Source: Phoronis australis (Eukaryota; Animalia; Phoronida). Taken from it: 64,000 bases of DNA. The notes beneath the pieces were generated by a model. That model searched no databases. It worked only from the letters and a program-made list of their open reading frames with translations, and was not told the DNA's origin. Each line of letters opens with the position of its first letter. The stretch's first letter is position 1. Positions 52,294 through 64,000 of the stretch are shown piece by piece. The translations under genes and the position numbers were made by a program. The stretch is from NCBI GenBank assembly GCA_002633005.1, contig NMRA01000634.1:62001-126000 (forward strand), given 5' to 3'.

Positions 52294-55200
52294 AGCCTAC
52301 AGAGTTCGGTAGGCCAATTTACCAAGGTCGGTCGTGGGAGTTTGGTTTCTGTTTTGTGATAAATTCAAATTATTCGTCCGTGATATACTGACAAAAGAAC
52401 ATACCTGTGTGTTGTTTGTGTTCTTAACACACAAAACGCTTGCTATCCCGGTCAGCAACTCGCAACCCGATCATGCCCATCGCGGCTGGACGGCTGAAGA
52501 TATCATGAACGTAAACCAGCCAAAGTTGGAAACTAAATTTCCAGTCACGAAAAGACTATACTAGTGAGCCAACGAAATAATGTGCATGTAATTGTTTTGG
52601 TGAATTAACCGCGAAACTGCATTACTAGCTCGTAGGGGGCCGCGAAGTTGGGTTACCCTTCCACAAAATCGTCAGGGCAAAAGTTAGTAACACGGATTCG
52701 AATACTGTATATGAAAATTTAAAAAAAGAATCCGTTAGCATCTGACCATATGATACAAAATCGAGTTATTGTTTCACTGCAGCTTTCTCTCTGCAAACAC
52801 TGAATGAAAATTCGCTCACACGGTCTCGGTGCCCTGTCAATTGCATCTAAAGCTGGTAACGCAGTGATATATTTATTGCTGGCTCCTCAAAACATTTGGG
52901 AGGACTAAAAAAACGGGGTACCGCCTTCACTGTACGCCTTTTTAGTGGAATTTTGTCTCGTTTTCTCGCTCGGACTTTTTGTTTCTCTGAGGCAGACCTT
53001 TTGCCAACTTCGCCAAGTGGGCGAGCTCCCACTGGGTGCGCGCAACAGTTTTGTATACCTGGTTAGAGTGATATTAATTCATTTTGATACAGAAAGCACA
53101 GTAATTAACGTCAACGTGGCAACTCGCAATCTCGACGAAGATTTCACAGGTCAATCGTTAGGTTTCACAGGCTATCAGTTCGAACCTGAAAACACTGATC
53201 AAGAAATATTAAAACGGCTCTGTAAACGTGCACAGACAATGGAACACATGGATAGTTCCAAAAACCGTTTGAATGACTTGTCAGTGTCACGATAATTGAA
53301 AAAATTGATACTTGCGTTTACTGCCACGAAATTCCGAAAGTGAAACGCCTTCGTGGAGAAGAGCTCATGTGTCTCACAGACCATCCATATTTTGCACCGC
53401 CTCTAAACAGAGTTGTGCTTACGACGTTTTTTAGGCTGCTGAGAAAAGAACTGGCGAAAACATCCTACACCCAGAGGACCAAACAGACGCCTGACGATCG
53501 AGTCAGTCATCAAATAGGATACATAAAACGTTATGTTCTCAGGCCTTGAATTTATTGTAATTGCATATGTTTTCATGGTCAATCACATTGCTCCGTAAAC
53601 AAAAGCTAATCAACAACCGATCCGCTTTTCTTTTTCTCCTGCCTGTCGAACGCAAACGCACTAGGCACAACACCTGGCGTGCGTTCAGTAGACGCTGGGT
53701 TCTATGCTAGGATCTAGCTAAAACCTAGTCAAAGTTACGTGCTCTCATTTAAAATGCACGGCAATATCTCACGTAATCTCGCGAAGTCTTGCTTTTTAGC
53801 GAGGTCCTAGCGTTACTGAACGGGAGGCTGACTTCAACCTCAGTCTTTTTTCTGCCTTGACATGAGCTGTTTGGTAAGCCGTTGATCGTTAGTTGAATCA
53901 GTCGACAAAATGCTGGCCAGTGACAGTCACGGAGAAGTTTCACGGTCTCACACTTGGTGTTAACGGCGTATTTTTCATTCTTCACTATATACGAGGTGTT
54001 TATAGAGCGATTAAGACAGTAAAAAGGACTAATTAAATCGGGTGGCATTCTCTTTTAAACTCAGTAACCAGTGGTAACCTACTTTAGCAGACGATGGACG
54101 CTTAGCATGATAAGATATGTAGTATGCTACAGTAGTTGCTTAAAATAAAAAGTATTTTACAGATTCACTGAGTTCTATTTTGTTTCAATTTTTATTTGGT
54201 TTTAAGTAAAAATATCACTTTAACAAGAAAAACGGCGTTTATTGAAAGGTCACGACTTCAGACTTCAGGCCTCTAACATAGGAAGTAGTTACAAAAGCCG
54301 AAGCGAGTCGAGAAAGGTAGATCGCTTCATTGCAATGTTTCTCGTTCTGTATGTGACATAAATAGATAATTACATGTTCTCAGTCGTAATCCCCCTTATC
54401 TAGACCCCTCGTGGATTTTGGAGAATTATCGCCCTCGGCCCGTCGGGCGATAATCCTCCAAAATCCACTCGGGCTCTAGGTTACGGGGGATAACGATTTC
54501 GCCATTTAAAAATCTATATATATATGGTGTGAAAATTAAATTGTCCCTTTGTATAAAACGTGCTACTTGCTTAATTTGAGCACCAATGTAAAGGCCCTTG
54601 TGCCTGCATTTAAACATTTGCTGGTTGGAATTCTTAACATAACAGTAATCCTTGCTACAAAGGTTGGTGATATAGTGAGATGTTTTGGTGAGCTTCTAAT
54701 ATATAAAACTTCTCGAGGATGAAATTATTAAATCCAATGACCTAGGCCTTTCTCAGATACATGTACATGTATGTGTGAATGGCATTTTTAGAGACTGTAC
54801 GTCATAGTGTTGTCTGTCAAATTATTATCTGATAAGTATTTTGTCGGTATCTGAAGCCCCCCTTTGGATTTGAGCGAAAAAGATGTTTCTGTAAATTTCA
54901 ACCCTTTAACCCTTTGACACAAGTAAATGAAATTGTGCAGGTAATCATTATGTACTGTATCATTTTAAACTGCGTAGTAAATTTTAGTCCAATTCTGAGA
55001 TAGTGACACAACACCCGCTTAGTAGGTGATTTGAAGTGGATTGACCCTATTGTGAGAAACGATTTTATGAGAGTAAAATGCCTAGTTCGACTTTTAGGCA
55101 ACTAAACAGGGAGGAATTCATTTTTTATTGTCGTATTCGGTCTTATAAGACTGATTAAATCTCTCAGTGGACAGAACACCGCGATTTAAAAGTGTCCTTT

Positions 55201-55921
55201 GTACGCACTGTCGTAGGAAATGAACTGTTTATAATATGGCTAAAACGGACTTGTCAAATATTTTGCGTAGTTTGACTATAATCAAGTAAACACAAGGCGA
55301 GGATGAGAACAGTGATCGTTTATTCGACTTCAGGCGATAAGAAACGTTAATGCCGGGAGCGTCACCTAGTGGTGAACATAGATAATACAACATCTCCCTC
55401 CTTCTAATGCAAAGGTATAAAAAAGCTCACTTGGCCTAAACTGCAGTCTCTTAACTACACAGATATATCAAATTAGTGCTCGTAATGTTCATCGAGAGTA
55501 GTCCACTAGACGGGATGGGGGTACACTGACTCGTCCTGATCTGGTCACATATGGTGCATCGCTAGACGTGCGGTTGCTGGCTGGTTCTGCAGTGCTGGTG
55601 GTCTCGTCAGAGACAACTTAACGAATGTGATTTCGGTTGCGGCGCACAGGTGGTCGACCATCAGTTAACACTTCGTAGGACCTATGTTCTTGGCGAAAAC
55701 GTGTTATCTCAGCGGGCTTCTATGTTCCGGTCTGTACGTCACGAATAGTTACAGGTTGTCCGACATGCAGGGGTGGTAACTGTTTAGCAGAGTACTTCTG
55801 ATCATGGTATTCAGCCATGTTTTGGCGTTTGATCAGCAGGTGATGGTAATGATTTGAGTAGTCTAGGGAACGGACATCCGGTGAGTGGTAGCTAGCAAGC
55901 AATAAGCGAACAGGTCTGCCG
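52294..55921 (+). repeat. Re-read of 47864-52292 across N52293 (probable second haplotype)
   Basis: Near-identical, with SNPs and two deletions; includes a partial LTR at 55264-55392. Confidence 0.85.
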
Positions 55922-58900
55922 AATAACATTTCTGCAGGTGATGGAAGATGTGCGTCGATTGGAGTGGTGCGAAAAAGCATTAATGCCATTGAGAAGTCTT
56001 GACCTGATTTGATGGACTTCTTCAGTATGCTCTTTAGTGTTTTCACCAAACGTTCCGCGAAGCCGTTGGATTCGGGGTATCTTGGGGATGATGTTATGTG
56101 GTTGATCCCAAGTTCTCGACACATTGTTGTTAAGCTCTGCCAATGTATTGTGGTCCATTGTCAGTCACAATCTCTCTCGGTGTACCGAACAAACAGATGG
56201 TGCGTTTGGTCACCTCTGTGACATAGTCACAGGATAATTTCTCCAATCTGTGCACTATTGGATATTTCGAATGGTAATCTGCAATCACAAGATAGGTAGT
56301 GCCTTGGTGTTCGAGAATATCGGATGCTAATTTCGTCCATGGCGTGGACGGTACGTCGTGTGGGTGCAAGGGTTCTGGTCGGTTTTCGTCCCGAAACTCG
56401 TCGCTTGTTCTGCATGACTTAACCATCTTCTCGATATCGTCGTTGATACGCGGCCAGTGCACACTCTCTTTAGCCAGTCGTCGAGTGCGATCTATGCCTT
56501 GATGTCCTATGTGGAGCTGCTGTAGTATATTTTCTCGCAGTGGTTTTGGGATCAACACTTGGCGACCTTTGAAGATTATACCATCGGACACACCCAACTC
56601 GTCGCGAAAGCTCCAATATGATTGGAGATCGGTGGGCAGCTCTGCTATTGTGTCTGGCCATCCGGTGATGATGGTTTGGTAGAGAGCCTGGAGAGTAGGA
56701 TCTTTGGCGACTTCGTCTCGTTAGGCATTACGCTTATGTGTGCCGAAGTTGATGAGGTCAATGCTGATACCATCTACCGAGATGTCAAGAGGGACATCTT
56801 CAGTCTTAGTCGGGTTAGGTAGGCAACTAAGCGCATCCGGCAAGATCATCTTACTACCTGGCTGATAGACAATGTTGAAATCGTAGTCTTGGATCTTGAC
56901 AAGCAGTCGCTGGAGTCTCGGCGGAGCACTAGTAAGTGGCTTGTTCCAAATCATTACTAGAGGGCGGTGGTCTGTGACGACTTCAAAACTGCGTCCAAAG
57001 AGATATGTATGGAATCTTGTTATGCAGAAAACAAGACCAATGGTTTCTCGTTCTATGTTAGAGTAGTTTGATTGTGTTGGTGACAGTGCTTTCGATGCGA
57101 ATGACACAGGTTTGCCACTCTGAGATAGGCAGGCTCCCAGCCCTTTCTGGGATGCATCGACTTCCAGGGTTAAGGGTAGGTTTTTGTCATAATATGCTAG
57201 ACAGGATTCAGGTGAGATGTAGGACTTGGGATTTTCGAATGCCTGTTCATGGTCTTCATGCCAGTCGAACGGGTCAGTCTTCTTCAACAGCTCACGGAGT
57301 ATGGCAGATTTGTCCGCATATGATGGTATGTGGGCAGACATGTAGTTGAAGATACCCAAGGCTCTGTGTAGATCTTCTTTGTTCTGGGTTGTCGGCATAG
57401 CACGAATGTCATCCACTTTCTGAGGATCAGGCTTGATACCGTCTTTNGAACAGGTCTGCCGAATAACATTTCTGCAGGTGATGGAAAATGTGCGTCGATT
57501 GGAGTGGTGCGAAAAAGCATTAATGCCATTGAGAAGTCTTGACCTGATTTGATGGACTTCTTCAGTATGCTCTTTACTGTTTTCACCAAACGTTCCGCGA
57601 AGCCGTTGGATTCGAGGTATCTTGGGGATGATGTTATGTGGTCGATCCCAAGTTCTCGACACATTGTTGTTAAGCTCTGCCAATGTATTGTGGCCCATTG
57701 TCAGTCACAATCTCTTTCGGTGTACCGAACAAACAGATGGTGCGTTTGGTCACCTCTGTGACATAGTCACAGGATAATTTCTCCAACCTGTGCACCATTG
57801 GATATTTCGAATGGTAGTCTGCAATCACAAGATAGGTAGTGCCTTGGTGTTCGAGAATATTGGATGCTAATTTCGTCCATGGCGTGGACGGTACGTCGTG
57901 TGGGTGCAAGGGTTCTGGTCGGTTTTCGTCCCGAAACTCGTCGCTTGTTCTGCATGACTTAACCATCTTCTCGATATCGTCGTTGATACGCGGCCAGTGC
58001 ACACTCTCTCTAGCCAGTCGTCGAGTGCGATCTATGCCTTGATGTCCTATGTGGAGCTGCTTTAGTATATTTTCTCGCAGTGGTTTTGGGATCAACACTT
58101 GGCGACCTTTGAAGATTATACCATCGGACACACCCAACTCGTCGCGAAAGCTCCAATATGATCGGAGATCGGTGGGCAGCTCTGCTATTGTGTCTGGCCA
58201 TCCGGTGATGATGGTTTGATAGTAAGAGAGCCTGGAGAGAAGGATCTTTGGCGACTTCGTCTCGTTAGGCATTACGCTTATGTGTGCCGAAGTTGATGAG
58301 GTCAATGCTGATACCATCTACCGAGATGTCAAGAGGGACATTTTCAGTCTTAGTCGGGTTAGGTAGGCGACTAAGCGCATCCGGCAAGATCATCTTACTA
58401 CCTGGCTGATAGACAATGTTGAAATTGTAGTCTTGGATCTTGACAAGCAGTCGCTGGAGTCTCGGCTGAGCACTAGTAAATGGCTTGTTCCAAATCATCA
58501 CTAGAGGGCGGTGGTCTGTGACGACTTAAAAACTGCGTCCCAAGAGATATGTATGGAATCTTGTTATGCAGAAAACAAGACCAATGGTTTCTCGTTCTAT
58601 GTTAGAGTAGTTTGATTGTGTTGGTGACAATGCTTTAGATGCGAATGACACAAGTTTGCCACTCTGAGATAGGCAGGCTCCCAGCCCTTTCTGGGATGCA
58701 TCGACTTCCAGGGTTAAGGGTAGGTTTTTGTCATAATATGCCAGACAGGATTCAGGTGAGATGCAGGACTTGGGATTTTCGAATGCCTGTTCATGGTCTT
58801 CATGCCAGTCGAACGGGTCAGTCTTCTTCAACAGCTCACGGAGTATGGCAGATTTGTCTGCATATGATGGTATGTGGGCAGACATGTAGTTGAAGATACC

Positions 58901-60592
58901 CAAGGCTCTGTGGAGATCTTCTTTGTTCTGGGTTGTCGGCATAGCACGAATGTCATCCACTTTCTGAGGATCAGGCTTGATACCGTCTTTNTCCAAAGAG
59001 ATATGTATGGAATCTTGTTATGCCGAAAACAAGACCAAGGGTTTCTCATTCTATGTTAGAGTAGTTTGATTGTGTTGGCGACAGTGCTTTAGATGCAAAT
59101 GACACAGGTTTGCCACTCTGAGATAGGCAGGCTCCCAGCCCTTTCTGGGATGCATCGACTTCCAGGGTTAAGGGTAGGTTCTTGTCATGATATGCTAGAC
59201 AGGATTCAGGTGAGATGTAAGACTTGAGATTTTCGAATGCCTGTTCATGGTCTTCATGCCAGTCGAACGGGACCGTCTTCTTCAACAGCTCACGGAGTAT
59301 GGCAGATTTGTCTGCATATGATAGTATGTGGGCAGACATGTAGTTGAAGATACCCAAGGCTCTGTGGAGATCTTCTTTGTTCTGGGGTGTCGGCATAGCA
59401 CGAATGTCTTCCACTTTCTGAGGATCAGGCCTGACACCGTCTTTCGTGTAGAGTGATCCAAAGAAATTAATGTGATCCACCTTGATGTCACACTTGGTGC
59501 TGTTNTCGTGTAGAGTGATCAAAAGAAATTAATGTGATCCACCTTGATGTCACACTTGGTGCTGTTGAAGACCAATCCAAATTTCTCTGCAACACGTAGA
59601 AAATGGCGTAAACGCTCGTCATGCTCTGCCTCGGTCGCTCCAAAGACCGCAATTTCGTCAGCAATTCCGACACAGCCTGGGACTTGGCAGGTGATGTTGT
59701 CCATTTTCTGTTGGAACAGGTCTTGTGATATGGATAGGCCAAAAAGCAGTCCAAGGTAGCAATATCGCCCAAAGGGTGTACGGAAGGTGGTGAGAAGCTG
59801 CGAGGTTTCATCAAGGTGCACGGACCAGTAACCACTTCTGGCATCAAGCTTCGAGAAGTATTTGGCGTTGGAAAATTCAGGGTTGAGTTCCTCGAGTGTG
59901 GCTATCATGTGAGAACACCACTTAAGGGCGTTGTTAAGTCTTCTGGGGCCAAGACATATTCGGATCGAGGAGTCCCTCTTCGTGGTTACGACTATTGAGC
60001 TGCACCAGTCCGTATGGTCAGTAACTTTGTGAATGATGCCTTGCTTCTCCATGTCGTCAAGCTGGTCCTTGATTTTGGGTTTGAGATGTACGCTGCACTT
60101 TCTTGGTGGGTCGATGGAAGGAATCGCGTCATCCTTAAGATGTAGGCGCACTGGGCCTGGCATGTTTCCAATTTTGTCAAACTGATCAAGGAACATCTAA
60201 GGGAGGTCATCAGTGGTGATGATCGCTGCATCTGGGGTTGATGAGATGGATGGGTTAGGCAATGTCGCATCGACGTTGATAGCTATAAGCTTCATGGCTT
60301 CACACGCGGGTAGACCAATGATGGAAGGTTTTTCCACGTCGACAACATAGAATCTCTGCTGAAGCCAGTCGGGCGATTTGAAGCGGCACTGTAAGTTGAT
60401 GTAACCAAGGCAGGGTATCGACGTGTTGTTATATGCATAGAGAGTTCTGCTAGTTGGGTGTAGCTCGGCTTGCCAATTGTCGGGGTACATGGTTTTCACA
60501 GTACGTAGTGGTAGGGTGTTGCAACCTGAGCCGGGGTCAACCTTGGCATATAGGTGATGTTTACCTCTAATATCTGGACATTTGATATCCAA
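55617..60592 (-). pseudogene. pol: Gypsy pol (protease, RT, RNase H, integrase), disrupted and partly duplicated
   Basis: PR AKVDPGSGCN, RT FSKLDARSGYW and GIADEI, RH EVDASQKGLGA and VVTDH, INT LHIGHQG...VTDNGPQY and SNGFAER; stops and frameshifts; duplicated across N57447, N58991 and N59505. Confidence 0.9.
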
Positions 60593-60760
60593 TGTTCAGA
60601 AAACTTCCTCGCGAGGACGGGGCTTGATAATTGCGTGTACGTCTGGGGATTCATCGGGGTCTGATGGCGTTATGGAGTGGAATGTAAACGCATCGTTGTC
60701 GCTGGAGTTCTGCTCAATGTGGTGTGTCTTCTTCTGGTGTGGTCGTCCAGTGCTCTGGTG

Positions 60761-61549
60761 TTATTTTTGGTGTGGGCGCTGTCGTTTTTGGCGTTGTCCA
60801 TGTTTTTGGGTTTTATGTTTGTCATGGGTGCCCTGGGTTTGTCGACGTTTAATTTTGCAGCATTTCTCCCAATGGCCCTTGTTGTGGCAGTGAGAAGACT
60901 CATCATGGAATGCAGGGCATCTTTTGGGTGGGTGTTTTGTCCCGCAATTGCTGCAGTCTAGGTTGCGTGCCGGTGTAATTGCGTCCACTGACTTCGCTCC
61001 CCGTGTCATCTCTGTTATGGACTGTTCAGAAGCTTTTATAGCTTCATACTCGCACCCTTTCTCGATTATTGATGCGATAGGATGGCCTTTTTCTTTTGTT
61101 AGTAACTCTTTTCGGAAATCCTCGAAAGGTGTCGAAAGTATTATCATCTCAATTAGCAGTTCAGCCAGTTCACCGTCAGGCAGTTCGCATTTGTTTGCCT
61201 TTTCTCGCAGGCGAGAAATGTAGTCAGTGATTGTTTCGTCAGGCTTCCGTCGCATGGTTGACAGTTCCAAACGATGTACGCGAAAATTTACTTTGGTTGT
61301 TGCATTTACTTGTTGTTCAATCAGGTTGTACAGTTTCTCAGGTTTGTTCTGGTCGGTGGTGCTCATTCCCAAGTTGAGAATCCGGCGCATGCCCTCATCT
61401 CCAAGCGCTATTTTTATCTTGGTCGCTTTCTTAGTAGTGTCGGTGACGTAATTGTCTACTAAAAAGAGGTCCATTCGTGCTCGGAAGGCACGGAAAGAAT
61501 CGCACAGTGGCTCATATTGCAAATTCATGACGGGCATTTTGGTTGTCAT
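60761..61549 (-). pseudogene. gag: Gypsy gag
   Basis: 262-aa ORF with ETITDYISRLREKANKC and a knuckle region CSNCGTKHPPKRCP...CHNKGHWEKCC. Confidence 0.85.
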
Positions 61550-61676
61550 TGTCGATTTGTGCGCAGGCGGTGACGGCGAGGTGAGGTCACGGCTGAGGTC
61601 GGCACACTGAATTCACGATAATTTAGACAGTCAAATATTTTAAAATCACTTTCAATAGTTACTTGATTGTTCTATA

Positions 61677-61694
61677 ATCCCACCGTTGCCACCA
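61677..61694 (-). other. Primer-binding site (tRNA-Leu type)
   Basis: TGGTGGCAACGGTGGGAT immediately after the 5' LTR; nearly complementary to the tRNA-Leu 3' end ATCCCACCGCTGCCACCA as recalled. Confidence 0.75.
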
Positions 61695-61838
61695 TGTTGG
61701 ATTATCTCGTGCGTAGTTTGACTATAATCAAGTAAACACAAGGCGAGGATGAGAATAGTGATCGTTTATTCGACTTCCGGCGTTAAGAAACGGGAATGCC
61801 GGGAGCGTCACCTAGTGGTGAACATAGATAATACAACA
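61695..61838 (-). repeat. 5' LTR (144 bp)
   Basis: tgttgg...tacaaca, flanked by the PBS and the TSD. Confidence 0.9.
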
Positions 61839-62082
61839 GCTGGTGTGGACGGCATGAACCATTAGATTCGCAGTTCAGACAAAACTTAGGAATAACGACA
61901 TCTTGGTCGTGCATGTAGAACTCATTTCAGATTCACCGAGTAAGTGACAGGACGTAAAGTAGTTCATGTCCTGATTCAAATGTTGAAATATGCTTTTCCA
62001 TGACAAATCTTCCTGTGACATAGTATCGTCTTATTAACTCAATGAACCCAGATTAAGATCTAGATTTTCTACTAAAAGGTTT

Positions 62083-62224
62083 CCGTGTGCAGGAACAGAA
62101 CTCGTTTCCCTTTGAAATTTCCCGGATATTTCTCTATCGCTGCATGCATACCTAGCAAGGCCTTTCCAGTATAACTCGGGTCTAATATTATGCTCGTCTT
62201 CCTGGAAAGTTTTAGAGAGAGTTC
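62083..62224 (-). pseudogene. Orphan exon resembling D-cysteine desulfhydrase / ACC deaminase family C-terminus
   Basis: ELSLKLSRKTSIILDPSYTGKALLGM...FKGKRVLFLHT matches LDPVYTGKA...VLFLHTGG; no canonical AG/GT at the expected boundaries. Confidence 0.7.
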
Positions 62225-63369
62225 CAGAAAAATAAAACAACAATACGAATTCAATGAGCCGCTAATTAGACCTTTCTATTGTCGCGCCTGTGACTCCATT
62301 TTCGAATTAAAAAACACGAACTCCACTTAAGTACCTTACTTAGATCGGACCTGAATTCCGGGCTGGGAAAGAATGAACAACACATAATGCAGAAGACAGG
62401 CTCCACGTCCGAACACTACAATATACTGTCACTAGTTGGATGATAGCGAGTATAAATAGAGTCATTTGCTTAACAAGAATCGAGTAGTAAAAACGAATGA
62501 AAACAACTGGGTAGCAGTGGTGCGGTGTTGTAGCTGTAGTGATGCATGTAGCTGCTGTCCACGCCAGCTGCCTGCGTTCCTGCCTAGCTTTGAAGCCATC
62601 TGCCTTAGTGCCTTCGTAAGTAGGACTGCATTTCTCGTTCAGACCACCTGCAATAGGGACTGGGAAATCAGACCTCACGTAGTAGAGCTTTTCAAACACG
62701 TACTGCATCTCGTGATGAAGCAGAAATCGCTCATATGATTGTTAGACATACAGTTCTTATTCACCTATTTCACGAAAGCGCCATCTTCCCGCGCCATCTT
62801 TAAATACTTATCGAAAACGAGGCACACTGATAAAACCTCGTGAGTGGTCATCAGCTGGCCATCATGGTGTACTGTGCAGTGCCTAAACGTACCAATTCCA
62901 GTAATAACTCGTCGGTATCCTTCGGAGGGATATACTCGCCACTCGCCCAGTCGTCAATGCGAGTAAAAATGGTGCTGGGCGAGTAGAAGTTGACTTGCCG
63001 GTCGCCTAGGTGGCGAGCGAATTTCAGAGCGCAAAAGCACTATCGTTTCCCAGATGAATATGAATAATTTTCCTCCTCCTTGTGCTGTTTTTATCATGAA
63101 TTTAAGGTTCAGTTTGGTCATCGTGTCGATGCTCCGGCAGTAAAAAGCATCGGCGCAGTGCGACCCTACCGATTCAGTACATGTCACCCGTTAGCGATTC
63201 GTCAAAAAAATCACAGTGTGTGGTCGTGCACAAAGAGTTGTGGACTAGTCCGAAACAAAGAAAAGGGGAGAAAGGTGGAAGACCGGTTCATGTGCTCATA
63301 GCAAATGAAATACCACATTTCACAATGTCATTTTAGCCAAAATTATATTTATAACATTCGTCCTAATAA

Positions 63370-64000
63370 GCGCCCATGTCCCTATAAGCGTCCCCACTCG
63401 TTTTCAGATTTCGGTAAAGTAAGCGCCCTGTCCATGAATGTGTATATGTGCGAAAAATGTCTTACCTCACAATTCTAAAATTCTACAGTAATGTATTCAA
63501 TTTATCAATAATATCCGACAGTCCTGAAAAATCATTGTGCGCGGAATTTCTAGTAGACCACGAGCTTCGCCGCTATGTGGGTATTTAGCCGTGGCTGTAC
63601 ACTTCAAACCGTTCCGCAGTGCTTCAAAAAGAACGCAAAAGATTTGCTGATCTTGCGAAGAAAGTGTCACACTATATAGTCTGGCCCTTCAGAACAGACG
63701 CAGCGTACTGGTCAACTGGATTGGTATTGTATCTTTCCCCTACAGATCATCTCCCACAACAGGAATCCAGATTGCTTTGTACACGTAAAATTATAAAAAC
63801 CGCGAATCGAAACTTGGCCAAGAAGCGCGCGCTAGGGCCTACATATAATATGTGGGCCTGCTCAATGAGATAAATATAACTACATATACAGCTCATTGGG
63901 CCTGCTACTCTGGCAAATGAACACTGATTACAGGCACGCGCTCGCTCACTCGGTGCACACCTGTTGACTCACTTCAATACAAACGTCACGTGACAACAAC
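63370..64000 (+). repeat. Dispersed repeat related to 3590-4562
   Basis: Shared sequence blocks; taataagcgccc sub-terminal repeats suggest a DNA-transposon end. Confidence 0.55.

Larger units (their letters stand above)
51619..61838 (-). mobile_element. Ty3/Gypsy LTR retrotransposon (decayed; span inflated by assembly duplications)
   Basis: TG...CA LTRs 51619-51762 and 61695-61838; TSD GCTGG (51614-51618, 61839-61843); PBS; PPT; gag-PR-RT-RH-INT order. Confidence 0.93.

Noticed and set aside
55264-59555. Three-LTR or tandem retrotransposon with duplicated RNase H/integrase
   Set aside because: Every duplication starts at a single N and is near-identical; better explained as a haplotype assembly artefact.
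62340-62738. 122-aa (-) and 90-aa (+) ORFs as genes
   Set aside because: No recognisable domain or convincing splice structure.
1-64000. Most short ORFs in the supplied track as independent genes
   Set aside because: They are chance frames, antisense shadows of exons or pol, or exon read-through into introns; they show no motifs.

Overview
This is AT-rich, intron-containing animal genomic DNA; an invertebrate origin is inferred and the species cannot be determined. The ORF track is mostly noise because real exons are short. Manual splicing on the + strand gives a complete 24-exon gene (ATG 6867 to TAA 46006, 3864 nt CDS, about 1287 aa, all introns GT-AG and phase-compatible) for a secreted mosaic protein. 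Domain order: signal peptide, PAN x2, a C-type lectin domain with a SUEL/rhamnose-binding lectin domain inserted inside it, resistin/RELM-like x2, PAN x2, a third resistin-like domain with two PAN domains inserted inside it, Cys-rich CxxCP repeats, PAN x3. No transmembrane segment was seen. The resistin-like modules and the two nested insertions at phase-1 introns are the most unusual signals. The rest of the window is mobile-element debris: a decayed Ty3/Gypsy element (- strand, 144-bp LTRs, GCTGG target-site duplication, tRNA-Leu PBS), an intronic L1/Tx1-like LINE, TTAA-flanked Kolobok-like elements carrying a relic resembling the P2X7 ballast domain, hAT, mariner and Gypsy relics, and MITEs. 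There is also an orphan D-cysteine desulfhydrase/ACC deaminase-like exon. Seven single-N joins each precede a near-identical re-read of earlier sequence and are probably uncollapsed haplotypes. All domain calls are by eye from motifs; no searches were run.
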